A DNA stretch of 54,353 nucleotides, taken from assembly GCA_041302745.1 (NCBI GenBank), contig JBFYQP010000125.1:1-54353 (forward strand), given 5' to 3'. Within the stretch, counting starts at the first letter, position 1. Each line of letters starts with the position of its first letter. The position numbers and the translations under genes were made by a program. The notes beneath the pieces were generated by a model that saw only the letters and a program-made list of their open reading frames with translations, did no database searches and was not told where the DNA came from. Shown piece by piece: positions 16,093 to 25,007 of this stretch. Source of the DNA: Candidatus Bipolaricaulota bacterium. GTDB taxonomy: Bacteria > Bipolaricaulota > Bipolaricaulia > UBA7950 > UBA9294.

Positions 16093-18231
16093 CTACTTCG
16101 CCCCCTTGCCGCGAGCGGGCGCACTTGCACGCCTGCTTGCAGCCTCGTCCAAAGCGCCGGCGAGGACGCCAAGCGGCACTTCGACGAACAGCGGCCGGCG
16201 CACGTTCTCCGTCACGTCGGTCAGCGGGACGGCCTCCTCGCGGAAGAGGCGCTGGATCAGGGCGGTGCACGTCTTCCCGCCGCACGCGCCCATTCCGGCC
16301 CTCGTGACGATTTTGATCTCGTTCATGTCTCGATACCCCTCACGAATCCGTGCGCGGATCTCGCCCGCCGTGACGCGCTCGCATCGGCAGACGATGGCAT
16401 CGTCGCCCAGCGGCTCTACGGCTTCGGGGAGCGGTTCCGAGATCCACGGCTCCTGAACGCGAATCCCGGCAATCCGCGCCGCGATGGCGCGGGGAGCGCG
16501 CACCTTGACGAGCACCGTGCGGTCGTTCTTCGCCAGCGCCTTCACCTCAAGGACGGAGACCTCGCCGAGGGGAGTCCCGATATCGTCGAGGACGACGACG
16601 CGGTCTCCGGCAGAGAACCGATCGCCCGGGAACTCGAACGGCACCGTGACGACGGGATCACTCCCTCCGCGTTCGTCGACCAGGGTGATCGCAAGTCCCG
16701 GGCAGATCGTCACGCACCGCTCGCAGCCGATGCACGCCTTGCCGGCATCCGCTCCGCGGAACTCCGGAAGACGGCGCAGGTCGGTTTCGTCGATCGCAAT
16801 CAGCTTCTGGGGGCAAACCGACGTGCACGGGTTGCAGGGAATTTCCTGCGAGCAGTGGAAGACGGGGTACACGGCTCCAGCGACTCCACTCAAATACCGA
16901 TCGAGCGCCGTGCGCTCGACGGCCGCACCGGGCTTCGACTTCAGGATCTCCCCCATTCGAGACCACGCAGCGGGGACTTCGTCGGCCGTGGCACCGAGCG
17001 CGCGGGCGATCTCGAGCCCTTTGATCTTCCCCGCGAAGATGGCCGCCGACGCCTCGGCGATCTCCTCCGCGTCGCCGGCGGCATACATGGGAAGGCCGAA
17101 CTCAGCGGCCGCCTTGCGGAACTCGTCCACAGGATCGAGCCCGACGGCGATGAGCACCGTGTCGCAGGCATACGACCGTTCCGTCCCCGGAACTGGGCGG
17201 AAGCCCTTGTCGATGGCGGCGACGGTCACCGACTCCACCCCTTCCGTGCCGTTCGCGGACAGGATGGTGTGCGACGTGTAGATTGGGACTCCCATGCGGG
17301 CGAGCTTGTCCTTGTGAACCTTGTAGCCGCCGCACTCCGGAAGCGCCTCCACGAGGCCCACGACGTGGATGCCCGCCTGCAGCGCGTGGTATCCGGCGAT
17401 GAGCCCCACGTTCCCGCCTCCGACGATGAACAGCCGTTCCGAGGCGCGCACGAGGTCGCGGTTGACGAGCGTCTGGAACGCGCCGGCGCCGTAGACGCCG
17501 GGAAGCGTGTTCCCTTTGAACACGAGCGACTTCTCTCGCGCACCGGTCGCGACGAGAAGAACCCGCGGCCTAACGAGCGCGTACGCAGCGCCCCGGAGGA
17601 CTCCGACGAGGCCGTCGCTGAACACCGCGACCGCCGTGCTGTCGAGCCACACGTCGACCGACGGTAGATCGCGGACCCGCCCTTCGAGCCGCGACGCGAT
17701 GTCGATGCCGCGGGTCCCCGCGTGCACGGCGTCGATCGACCCGAAGAACCGGTGAGTCTGCAGGACGAGCTTCCCGCCCAGCCGGTCCTTGTCATCGACG
17801 ACGAGGACGTCGACGCCCCGGCTTCCGAGTTCGATCGCCGCCGAGAGGCCCGCGGGTCCGCCGCCCAAAATGAGCACGGAGACGTCCTTCCGCTCCGGCT
17901 CCGTTGTCTCAGGCGCCCGATCGATCCGCGGAAGGCGCGGCAGGCCGTCGAGCGGTTCGACGCACAGGCGGGGCGCCGCCGGCGTCATGCACGCCTTCAC
18001 GGCGAAGCCGTCGGCAAGGACCATGCACTGGGAGCACTGGCCGTTGGCGCAGAAGAGCCCCTGAGGCGATCCGTCCTTCGGGTGGTGCCCGAAGACACGA
18101 ACACCCGCGGCAAAGAGCGCCGATGCGATCGTTTCGCCGGGGTACGCCGAGACCGTCTTTCCGGCAAACGTGAAGTTGAATGGGGTTCCTCGTTCCTTGC
18201 GGACGATGGGGTGGCCTTCGATCCGCGTCAT
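16093..18231 (-). CDS. Multi-domain redox subunit: N-terminal 2Fe-2S domain + FAD/NAD(P) pyridine-nucleotide-disulfide-oxidoreductase fold + 2x[4Fe-4S]-type ferredoxin segment + BFD-like [2Fe-2S] domain
   Basis: FCANGQCSQCMVLADGFAVKAC; VLILGGGPAGLSAAIELGSRG and FIVGGGNVGLIAGYHAL; CNPCTSVCP and CIGCERCVTICP; CRCERVTAGEI...GACGGKTC. The start overlaps the regulator stop (ATGA). Confidence 0.8.
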   Translation of the reverse strand: MTRIEGHPIVRKERGTPFNFTFAGKTVSAYPGETIASALFAAGVRVFGHHPKDGSPQGLFCANGQCSQCMVLADGFAVKACMTPAAPRLCVEPLDGLPRLPRIDRAPETTEPERKDVSVLILGGGPAGLSAAIELGSRGVDVLVVDDKDRLGGKLVLQTHRFFGSIDAVHAGTRGIDIASRLEGRVRDLPSVDVWLDSTAVAVFSDGLVGVLRGAAYALVRPRVLLVATGAREKSLVFKGNTLPGVYGAGAFQTLVNRDLVRASERLFIVGGGNVGLIAGYHALQAGIHVVGLVEALPECGGYKVHKDKLARMGVPIYTSHTILSANGTEGVESVTVAAIDKGFRPVPGTERSYACDTVLIAVGLDPVDEFRKAAAEFGLPMYAAGDAEEIAEASAAIFAGKIKGLEIARALGATADEVPAAWSRMGEILKSKPGAAVERTALDRYLSGVAGAVYPVFHCSQEIPCNPCTSVCPQKLIAIDETDLRRLPEFRGADAGKACIGCERCVTICPGLAITLVDERGGSDPVVTVPFEFPGDRFSAGDRVVVLDDIGTPLGEVSVLEVKALAKNDRTVLVKVRAPRAIAARIAGIRVQEPWISEPLPEAVEPLGDDAIVCRCERVTAGEIRARIREGYRDMNEIKIVTRAGMGACGGKTCTALIQRLFREEAVPLTDVTENVRRPLFVEVPLGVLAGALDEAASRRASAPARGKGAK

Positions 18232-18848
18232 GCGTCGTCAGACTCCTTTCTGCGAGCCGCGTCGTCGGGGGGCGGCGCCCCGGCCGAGCCGGTGTCGATG
18301 AACCGTTGCGTGACGGCCATCAGAATGCGCGCCCCCGAGTTTGCCGGGGTCGAGTATGCGTGAGGCTCGGTCGCACGAACCCTGTAGCTGTCTCCGGCCT
18401 CCAGAGCGAAGACCTCATCGTGAAGTCGAAGCCGGAGTCTCCCCGACAGCACGTAGCCGAACTCCTCCCCGTCGTGGGTCGACTCCGTCGGCTCCGTGCC
18501 CGAGGGGAACTCAGCGATCAATAGCTCCTGGACCGGCGCCCCCGGAAGCTGCCGGGTGAGGTATCCGTACGTCACAGGGGAGGCGCCGACGCGGATGTGC
18601 AGCTGTTGTGACGCTTTGGTCACAACGGGGGCCGCCTCGCTGAGCGGGCGGTCGCTCGAGAAGAGCGTTTCGATCCGCAGGTCGAGCGCCTTACAGATCG
18701 CCGAGAGCGAGACGATGGACAGCGTCGACTGCCCTCGCTCGACTTGCGACAGGAAGCCCGTCGAGAGCCCCGAGCGCTGCGACAGGGCCTCGAGCGTCCA
18801 CCCGCGCTGCTGGCGGGCCTGCCGAATCCGTGCTCCGAGGTCTTCCAT
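18228..18848 (-). CDS. XRE-family HTH + cupin transcriptional regulator (PuuR-like architecture)
   Basis: LGARIRQARQQRGWTLEALSQRSGLSTGFLSQVERGQ is an HTH_3 segment. The C-terminal cupin has HDGEEFGYVLSGRL...GDSYRV. I prefer ATG 18848 over 18887 because a palindrome occupies 18861-18883. Confidence 0.85.
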   Translation of the reverse strand: MEDLGARIRQARQQRGWTLEALSQRSGLSTGFLSQVERGQSTLSIVSLSAICKALDLRIETLFSSDRPLSEAAPVVTKASQQLHIRVGASPVTYGYLTRQLPGAPVQELLIAEFPSGTEPTESTHDGEEFGYVLSGRLRLRLHDEVFALEAGDSYRVRATEPHAYSTPANSGARILMAVTQRFIDTGSAGAPPPDDAARRKESDDA

Positions 18849-18860
18849 AGGTTCTTCACT

Positions 18861-18883
18861 ATATCGAACACGGCCTTCGATAT
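18861..18883. promoter_or_regulatory. Candidate operator: ATATCGAA-N7-TTCGATAT perfect inverted repeat
   Basis: AT-rich 8-bp arms in the 98-bp divergent region between the regulator (start 18848) and the M42 peptidase (start 18947). An extra ATCGAA half-site lies at 18896-18901. Confidence 0.45.
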
Positions 18884-18946
18884 CCAAACAGGTGCATCGA
18901 AGCGCCGTCTCCTCTACACTGTCGGCGGCGAAAGGGGAGAGAACAC

Positions 18947-20014
18947 ATGCAGAAGGATCGACTCAAGTTCCTGAAGACGTACATGGACACGGTCTGCCCG
19001 ACGGGCTACGAAGAGGACGCGTCGCGGGTCTGGCGCGAGGAGGCGAACCGATTCGCCGATCGCACGTGGGTCGACGTCCACGGCAACACGATCGCGGCCA
19101 TCAACGAGAAGGCGCCGTTCCGCGTCATGCTCGCAGGCCACGCGGACGAGATCGGATTGCTCATCAGCTATGCCGACGACCAGGGATACCTCTCGTTCAC
19201 CGGACTCGGCGGTTGGGATCCCACCATCCTTCCCGGTCAGCGGGTCCGCATCCGCACGCAGCACGGGATCGTCCTCGGCGTGATCGGCCGCAAGCCCATC
19301 CACGTCATGAAGGACGAGGATCGAAAAGCGCCGCCGAAGCTTGAGGATCTCTGGATCGACATCGGAGTCCCGAGCAAGGCCGCGGCGCTCAAGCTCGTGG
19401 CGATCGGAGACCCCGCAGTCCTCGACTACGACACCCAGGAGCTCCGGAACGGGCTCCTCGTCGGCCGCGGGATCGACGACCGCATCGGAGCCTTCGTGGT
19501 CCTCGACGCCCTTCGCCGCTTGGCGGAGAAGAAGACGAAGATCGGCGTGTATGCGGTCGCCACGGTTCAAGAGGAGATCGGCGCGCGGGGAGCGCAGACG
19601 AGCGCCTTCGGCATCGACCCGCAGGTGGGCATCGCGGTGGATGTTGGGTTCGCTACCGACTTCCCGGGAATGGACGACGCTAAGAAGAGGTGGGGCGAGG
19701 TGAAGCTGGGCGGAGGACCGATCATCACGCGAGGCCCGAACATCAACGCGCCCCTCTTCCGACTCCTCGTGAGCACCGCCGAGACCAAGAAGATCCCCTA
19801 CCAGTTCGACACGTGCCCGAGAGGAACCGGAACGGACGCGAACACGATCCAGATCGTCCGCAGCGGGGTCGCCACAGCCGTCCTCGGGGTTCCCAACCGG
19901 TACATGCATTCGCCGTGCGAGCTGGTTCACCTTGACGACGTCGAGCACACGATCCAGCTGATGGCGGAGACCGTCGCAGGGATGAAGGCGACGACCAATC
20001 TGATTCCCGGATAG
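18947..20014 (+). CDS. M42 family metallo-aminopeptidase (FrvX/YpdE/CelM-like)
   Basis: FLKTYMDTVCPTGYEE, VDVHGNTIA, MLAGHADEIGLLI, GRGIDDRIG, QEEIGARGA and RYMHSPCELV are M42 motifs. Confidence 0.9.
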   Translation: MQKDRLKFLKTYMDTVCPTGYEEDASRVWREEANRFADRTWVDVHGNTIAAINEKAPFRVMLAGHADEIGLLISYADDQGYLSFTGLGGWDPTILPGQRVRIRTQHGIVLGVIGRKPIHVMKDEDRKAPPKLEDLWIDIGVPSKAAALKLVAIGDPAVLDYDTQELRNGLLVGRGIDDRIGAFVVLDALRRLAEKKTKIGVYAVATVQEEIGARGAQTSAFGIDPQVGIAVDVGFATDFPGMDDAKKRWGEVKLGGGPIITRGPNINAPLFRLLVSTAETKKIPYQFDTCPRGTGTDANTIQIVRSGVATAVLGVPNRYMHSPCELVHLDDVEHTIQLMAETVAGMKATTNLIPG

Positions 20015-20024
20015 CCCGGACGGT

Positions 20025-20064
20025 AGCGGGAGGCCCCCCGATCGGTCCTCCCGCTTTCCTTTTC
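20025..20064 (+). terminator. Intrinsic terminator after the M42 peptidase gene
   Basis: AGCGGGAGG (20025-20033) pairs with CCTCCCGCT (20047-20055), followed by TTCCTTTTC. Confidence 0.7.
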
Positions 20065-20085
20065 ACCGCCCCGCGGTATCATGAT

Positions 20086-20185
<100 letters not shown>

Positions 20186-20268
20186 CGCGTGTCCGCCGTC
20201 TGAGATTGAAACGCCGGGAATCCCTTCAAGACCGCTCGACTCTTCGGCGCCCCTTCGAGGGAGGCCCT

Positions 20269-20931
20269 ATGACGTCGCCGCGAGTCCTCATCCTGGCGAA
20301 CGGCCGCTGGAACGACGTGGAAGCCGTCCGCGCGTTGCGTCGGAGCGCCGACATCTGCCTTGCGGCGGACGGGGCCTGGGCCAAGTCGCGCGAGGCTGGA
20401 GTCCCCGTCGACGCGGTGATCGGCGACCTCGATTCTCTCTCCGCGGACGAGCGGGCCGATCTTGACGCGTCGGGCGTCGAGGTGATCGCGTTTCCCCAGG
20501 CCAAAGACTGGACGGATCTCGAGCTCGCCCTGGACCACGCGCTCCGCGCCAATCCCTCACGCATCGTCATCTACGGCGCTCTCGGGGGGCGGATCGATCA
20601 CGCCCTCACGAACCTCCATCTCCTGGAGAAGGGCCTTGCGGCAAAGGTTCCCATCGAGTGCGTCACAGCCTTCGAGAGCATCCGCCTGATCGACGGCGGC
20701 TTTGCTCTCGACGATGCCCTTCGGGGCGACACGGTGTCCCTGGTGCCGATCACCGAGTCCGTCCGGCTGTCGACGCAGGGGCTCGAGTACGAGCTGCACG
20801 ACGAAGAACTCCTGCGTGCGGCGTCCCGCGGCGTCTCAAACGTGGTTTGCGCCCTGCCCGTCCACATCCTCGTCGCGGCTGGCCGTCTTCTCGTCATCCA
20901 CGCGCGCGCGGATGGGGAGGGCATCGCATGA
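20269..20931 (+). CDS. thiN: Thiamine pyrophosphokinase
   Basis: ATG 20269 follows GAGGGAGG. ILANGRW...CLAADGA...VDAVIGDLDSL...KDWTDLELAL...GALGGRIDHALTNL. Confidence 0.85.
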   Translation: MTSPRVLILANGRWNDVEAVRALRRSADICLAADGAWAKSREAGVPVDAVIGDLDSLSADERADLDASGVEVIAFPQAKDWTDLELALDHALRANPSRIVIYGALGGRIDHALTNLHLLEKGLAAKVPIECVTAFESIRLIDGGFALDDALRGDTVSLVPITESVRLSTQGLEYELHDEELLRAASRGVSNVVCALPVHILVAAGRLLVIHARADGEGIA

Positions 20932-21725
20932 GGCCCTCCCGCGCCGCCGGCTCGTCCCGACCGCTCCTCCGAGCCCTGTCCCGCCTCCGCGGCGTGGCCG
21001 GCTTGGTTCTCTTCGTTGCCGCGTGGCAAGGGATCGTCTCCGGATTTCGCCTCCCTCCCTACCTCCTGCCCTCGCCCGTGCAGACGGTGCGCTCGCTCGT
21101 CCAGGACGCGGACCTTCTCGGACCGCACCTGGCCATGACGCTCGTCGAGACGCTCGCTGGGCTCGTTCTCGCGGTCTCCTTGGGCATCAGCATCGCCGTC
21201 CTCATGAGCGCGTCGCGCTGGACCCGCGATCTCCTCTACCCGCCCCTCGTCCTGTCGCAGGCCATCCCCCTGATGGCCATCGCGCCCCTGATCCTGATCT
21301 GGTTCGGACTCGGCATCCTCGCCAAGGTGCTGATCGTCGCGTTCGTCTGCTTCTTTCCCGTCGCCGTGAACGCCTACGAGGGATTCCGCGCGGTGGATCC
21401 TGCCTATCGCGACCTGCTCACGACGCTCGGCGCGACGCGCGCCGACCGCTACCGCCACCTCTATCTCCCGGCCACGCTTCCAGGGATCGTCGCAGGACTG
21501 AAGCTCTCGGCGACGTACAGCGTTCTCGGCGCGATCGTCGGGGAGTGGCTCGGGGGCTCGAGGGGGCTGGGCGTCTACATGACACGCTCGCTGCAGTCGT
21601 TTCGAACGGACCGCCTCTTCGGGGCGATCCTCGTGGTGATGGCGTTGAGCTACGGTCTGTTCACGATCGTTGACATCGCCGGCGCCCGCCTCACGCCGTG
21701 GCTCGGAAGGAGGACCCATGCATAG
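20928..21725 (+). CDS. thiX: ABC transporter permease, NitT/TauT family (HMP/thiamine-precursor uptake)
   Basis: ATGA overlap with thiN. Six TM helices and an EAA-like loop (LLTTLGATRADRYRHLYLPATLPGIVAGLK). Confidence 0.85.
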   Translation: MRPSRAAGSSRPLLRALSRLRGVAGLVLFVAAWQGIVSGFRLPPYLLPSPVQTVRSLVQDADLLGPHLAMTLVETLAGLVLAVSLGISIAVLMSASRWTRDLLYPPLVLSQAIPLMAIAPLILIWFGLGILAKVLIVAFVCFFPVAVNAYEGFRAVDPAYRDLLTTLGATRADRYRHLYLPATLPGIVAGLKLSATYSVLGAIVGEWLGGSRGLGVYMTRSLQSFRTDRLFGAILVVMALSYGLFTIVDIAGARLTPWLGRRTHA

Positions 21726-22698
21726 GAGAACGTGGATCACGGCCGCCGCCGTGGCCCTGGCCGTCTCGACGAGCGCGGCGGGGGCGGGCGTCGTGCGCAT
21801 CGCCCTCGACTGGACGCCGAACACGAACCACACCGGGATCTTCGTCGCTCAGGACGCGGGGTACTTCGCCGAGGAGGGGCTCGAGGTCGTCGTCATGGAG
21901 CCGGGCCCCACCGTGGGACTCCAGCTTGTCGCCGCAGGTCACGCCGAGTTCGCCGTGTCGATGCAGGAAGAAGTCACGATGGCCCGATCTCAGGGGTTCC
22001 CGGCAGTCTCGATCGCGGCCCTCTACCCCCACAACACGTCGGGATTCGCGGCGGCCCTCGACCGCGGGATCCAGTCGCCGGCCGACTTCGCCGGGCGACG
22101 CTACGGCGGATGGGGAAGCGATCTCGAAGACGTGATGATCCGGACCGTCATGGCGGCTTCCGGCGCCGACGCTGACTCCGTTCAGCGGATCAACATGGGA
22201 ACCCTCGACTTCGCCACCGCGGTCCGCCGGGACGTGGCGGACTTCTTCTGGATCTTCTACGGGTGGCAGGGCATCCACGCGCAGCTCGAGGGGATCGACT
22301 TCGTGTACATCCCGCTCGCCGACCTCGCCCCGGAGCTCGACTACTACACCCCCGTCATCGTGACGTCGGAGCGCCTTGCCGCCGAGAATCCGGGCCTTGT
22401 CTCACGCTTCCTCCGCGCTCTGGCGCGCGGATGCGTGGACGCCGCCGCGAGCCCGGACGAGGCCGCCGAGGCGCTCCTCCGGCACGCCCCCGAGCTCGAT
22501 CGAGCCCTTGTCATCGCGTCGCAGCGATGGCTCGCCGGCCGGAGCGTCTCCGACATCGGCACGTGGGGGCGTCAGGATCCCGCCGTGTGGCGACGTTTCG
22601 CGCAGTGGGCCCTCGAAGGCGGCCTGATCGACGAGGCCATCGATCCCGACGCCGCGTTCACGAACGCGTTCCTTCCCGGCGGAGCGACGTCGCCGTGA
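21718..22698 (+). CDS. thiY: NMT1/THI5-like periplasmic substrate-binding protein
   Basis: ATG follows GGAAGGAGG. Signal peptide present. RIALDWTPNTNHTGIFVAQDAGYFAEEGLEV is typical of ThiY/THI5-like binders. Confidence 0.85.
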   Translation: MHRRTWITAAAVALAVSTSAAGAGVVRIALDWTPNTNHTGIFVAQDAGYFAEEGLEVVVMEPGPTVGLQLVAAGHAEFAVSMQEEVTMARSQGFPAVSIAALYPHNTSGFAAALDRGIQSPADFAGRRYGGWGSDLEDVMIRTVMAASGADADSVQRINMGTLDFATAVRRDVADFFWIFYGWQGIHAQLEGIDFVYIPLADLAPELDYYTPVIVTSERLAAENPGLVSRFLRALARGCVDAAASPDEAAEALLRHAPELDRALVIASQRWLAGRSVSDIGTWGRQDPAVWRRFAQWALEGGLIDEAIDPDAAFTNAFLPGGATSP

Positions 22699-23444
22699 TT
22701 CCCCTCGTCGACGTCGACGGACTCGAGAAGTCGTTCGGGGATCTCCGCGTCCTCGGACGGGTATCGTTCCGCGTCGACGAGGGAGAGACGGTTGGAGTCC
22801 TCGGTCCGTCGGGGTGCGGGAAGACCACGCTTCTGCGGGTCTTGCTCGGCCTGGAGTCGGCCGACGCCGGCCGAGTCGGGACCCGACTCGAGCGCGCGGG
22901 ATACCTTCCCCAAGACGTTCTCCTCTTTCCGTGGAAGACGGCGATGGAGAACGCCGAGCTTCCACTTGAGCTCCAGGGGATGAACCGAGAGGTTCGACGC
23001 GGCCGCGTTCGCCAAGAGCTGCCGCGCTTCGGCCTCGAGGAGTTCGCCGACGCCTATCCGCACGAGATGTCCGGCGGAATGCGGCAGCGGCTTGCCCTCC
23101 TGCGGGCGGTCTTGACGGGAAGTCGCGCCCTCGTGCTCGACGAGCCGTTCGGCGCGCTCGATACGTTGACCCGTCATCGTCTTCAGGACTGGCTCACCTC
23201 GCTCCTCGAAGACCTGAACCGCACGCTCCTCTTCGTCACGCACGATCTTGACGAGGCCGTCTCCCTCTCGCGCCGAGTGGTCGTCTTGTCCCAGCGGCCG
23301 GCCCACGTCGTCGGAGAGATGGCAATATCCCTCACCCGCGAGGAGCGGAGCGACCGCCTCGGCCGGCGGGCTCTCCTCGTACGGGATCAAGTTCTCTCTC
23401 TGCTCGAAAGGGGGGAGGAGCATGCTGCAGGACAACCCGTTTGA
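22695..23444 (+). CDS. thiZ: ABC transporter ATP-binding protein
   Basis: GTGA overlap. Walker A GPSGCGKTT, signature MSGGMRQR, Walker B LVLDEPFGALD. Confidence 0.85.
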   Translation: MIPLVDVDGLEKSFGDLRVLGRVSFRVDEGETVGVLGPSGCGKTTLLRVLLGLESADAGRVGTRLERAGYLPQDVLLFPWKTAMENAELPLELQGMNREVRRGRVRQELPRFGLEEFADAYPHEMSGGMRQRLALLRAVLTGSRALVLDEPFGALDTLTRHRLQDWLTSLLEDLNRTLLFVTHDLDEAVSLSRRVVVLSQRPAHVVGEMAISLTREERSDRLGRRALLVRDQVLSLLERGEEHAAGQPV

Positions 23445-24069
23445 CGTCCGCGCCGAGGAGTACGACGCCTGGTTCGATCGATTCCCGAACCTCTACGAGT
23501 CGGAGCTGTTGGCGGTGCGGGCCATCCTGCCGCCGCACAAGGGACGGTGGGCCGAGATCGGCGTCGGAAGCGGCCGCTTCGCGTCCCGGCTCGGCATCGA
23601 CGTTGGCGTCGACCCATCGGAAGCGATGGCCCGCCTCGCGCGGGCCCGCGGTGTCGAGGTTCTCGCCGGCTGCGCCGAAGAGATTCCCCTCGGCGAAGCC
23701 AGCGTGCAGGCCGCGTTCCTGATCACGACCGTCTGCTTCCTCTCCGACCTTCCGCGCGCCTTCGCCGAGGTGCGAAGGGTTCTAGAGCGAGACGGCGCCG
23801 TGGTTGTCGCCTTCATCCCTCGGGACAGCCGCTTTGGCCGCCTCTACCGCGAGAACGCAGACGGCGACGCGTTCTTCTCCCACGCGCAGCTTCGGTCGAC
23901 CGACGAAGTGATCGAGACGCTCGCCGAGGCCGGGTTCCGCGTAGACCGGGTCTTGCAGACGCTCACGGGCGACCCGGCGACGGCCGACGCCCGAGTAGAG
24001 GTGCCGTCCTCCGGCAGCGACCGAGGCTCCTTCGTCGTCGTCCGCGGACGCGGGGCGCGGGCCGTCTGA
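23422..24069 (+). CDS. Class I SAM-dependent methyltransferase
   Basis: ATG follows GGGGGAGGAG. Motif I EIGVGSGRF. Post-I/II segments VLERDGAVVVAF. Overlaps thiZ by 23 nt. Confidence 0.75.
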   Translation: MLQDNPFDVRAEEYDAWFDRFPNLYESELLAVRAILPPHKGRWAEIGVGSGRFASRLGIDVGVDPSEAMARLARARGVEVLAGCAEEIPLGEASVQAAFLITTVCFLSDLPRAFAEVRRVLERDGAVVVAFIPRDSRFGRLYRENADGDAFFSHAQLRSTDEVIETLAEAGFRVDRVLQTLTGDPATADARVEVPSSGSDRGSFVVVRGRGARAV

Positions 24070-24077
24070 GAGGACGC

Positions 24078-24107
24078 TTGACAGAATGCATCCCACGTTC
24101 GTAGCAT
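24078..24107 (+). promoter_or_regulatory. Sigma-70-like promoter TTGACA-18-TAGCAT, predicting a leaderless or near-leaderless dagK-like mRNA
   Basis: TTGACA at 24078-24083 and TAGCAT at 24102-24107. The ATG at 24114 lies 6 nt after the -10 and has no Shine-Dalgarno. Confidence 0.4.
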
Positions 24108-24113
24108 GACGCC

Positions 24114-25007
24114 ATGCCAACGGAGAAGTACTTCCTGATCGTCAACCTCATTGCCGGACGGGGACACTGCAAGGCCATCTTCCCCAAGGTGAAGCAGGCG
24201 CTGGATCGGCTTCCCATCGAGTACGACCTCCACTACACGAACGAGCCTCTTGAGGCCGTCGACGTCGCCAAGATGGGGGTCGAGGCCGGGTTCACGCGGA
24301 TCGCCGCGATGGGCGGCGACGGAACGGTGAACGAAGTGGCCAACGGCCTGCTCGGAGCAAACGTCACCCTCGGGGTCATCCCCGCAGGGACCGGCAACGA
24401 CTTCATCCGCATGATGGGCATCCCGTCGGATCCCCTCGCGGCGCTCGACGTTCTGATCCACGGAAAGGAGCGCACGATCGACATCGGGCGGGTCGCCGAG
24501 GATCGGTACTTCGTGAATGGCCTCGGGATCGGGATCGACGCTCAGGTCGCACGCGACGTGCTTGCGATGGAGAAGCTGCGCGGCGCTCCCGCGTACCTGT
24601 ACGCCGCCGTCAAGGAGGTCTTCCGGTTCCCGGCCTTCACCGTGCGCCTCCACTCGGAAGGCTGGGAGGCAAGCGTGGACTGTCTCTCGCTCGGCATCGC
24701 GAACGGCAAGTACTGCGGCGGCGGGTTCATGCTCGCTCCCCGCGCCGTCATCGATGACGGACTCATCGATGTCGCGGCGATCGGCGACTTCCCGAAACTG
24801 GAACGCCTGTACCGCCTACCGCAGGCGCGCGCCGGGAAGCACATCAACCTGCCCCAAGTGCAGTACCACCAAGCGGCCGAGACGACGATCGCGTCCGAGG
24901 ACGAACTCATCGCGCACATGGACGGGGAGCCGTACAAGCTGCCGTCCAGTCCCTTCCGAGTGCGTGCCGTCCCCCGCGCCCTTCGCGTGCTCGTCCCGAA
25001 CGCCTAG
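24114..25007 (+). CDS. Diacylglycerol-kinase-family lipid kinase (YegS/BmrU-like)
   Basis: FLIVNLIAGRG, IAAMGGDGTVNEVANGL and GVIPAGTGNDF. Confidence 0.85.
   Translation: MPTEKYFLIVNLIAGRGHCKAIFPKVKQALDRLPIEYDLHYTNEPLEAVDVAKMGVEAGFTRIAAMGGDGTVNEVANGLLGANVTLGVIPAGTGNDFIRMMGIPSDPLAALDVLIHGKERTIDIGRVAEDRYFVNGLGIGIDAQVARDVLAMEKLRGAPAYLYAAVKEVFRFPAFTVRLHSEGWEASVDCLSLGIANGKYCGGGFMLAPRAVIDDGLIDVAAIGDFPKLERLYRLPQARAGKHINLPQVQYHQAAETTIASEDELIAHMDGEPYKLPSSPFRVRAVPRALRVLVPNA

Noticed and set aside
20598-21833. 411-aa minus-strand ORF, and the plus-strand alternative frames 20702-21673 and 21698-22175
   Set aside because: They overlap thiN/thiX/thiY, which have clear family motifs and coupled starts. 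The alternative frames are Arg/Pro-rich.
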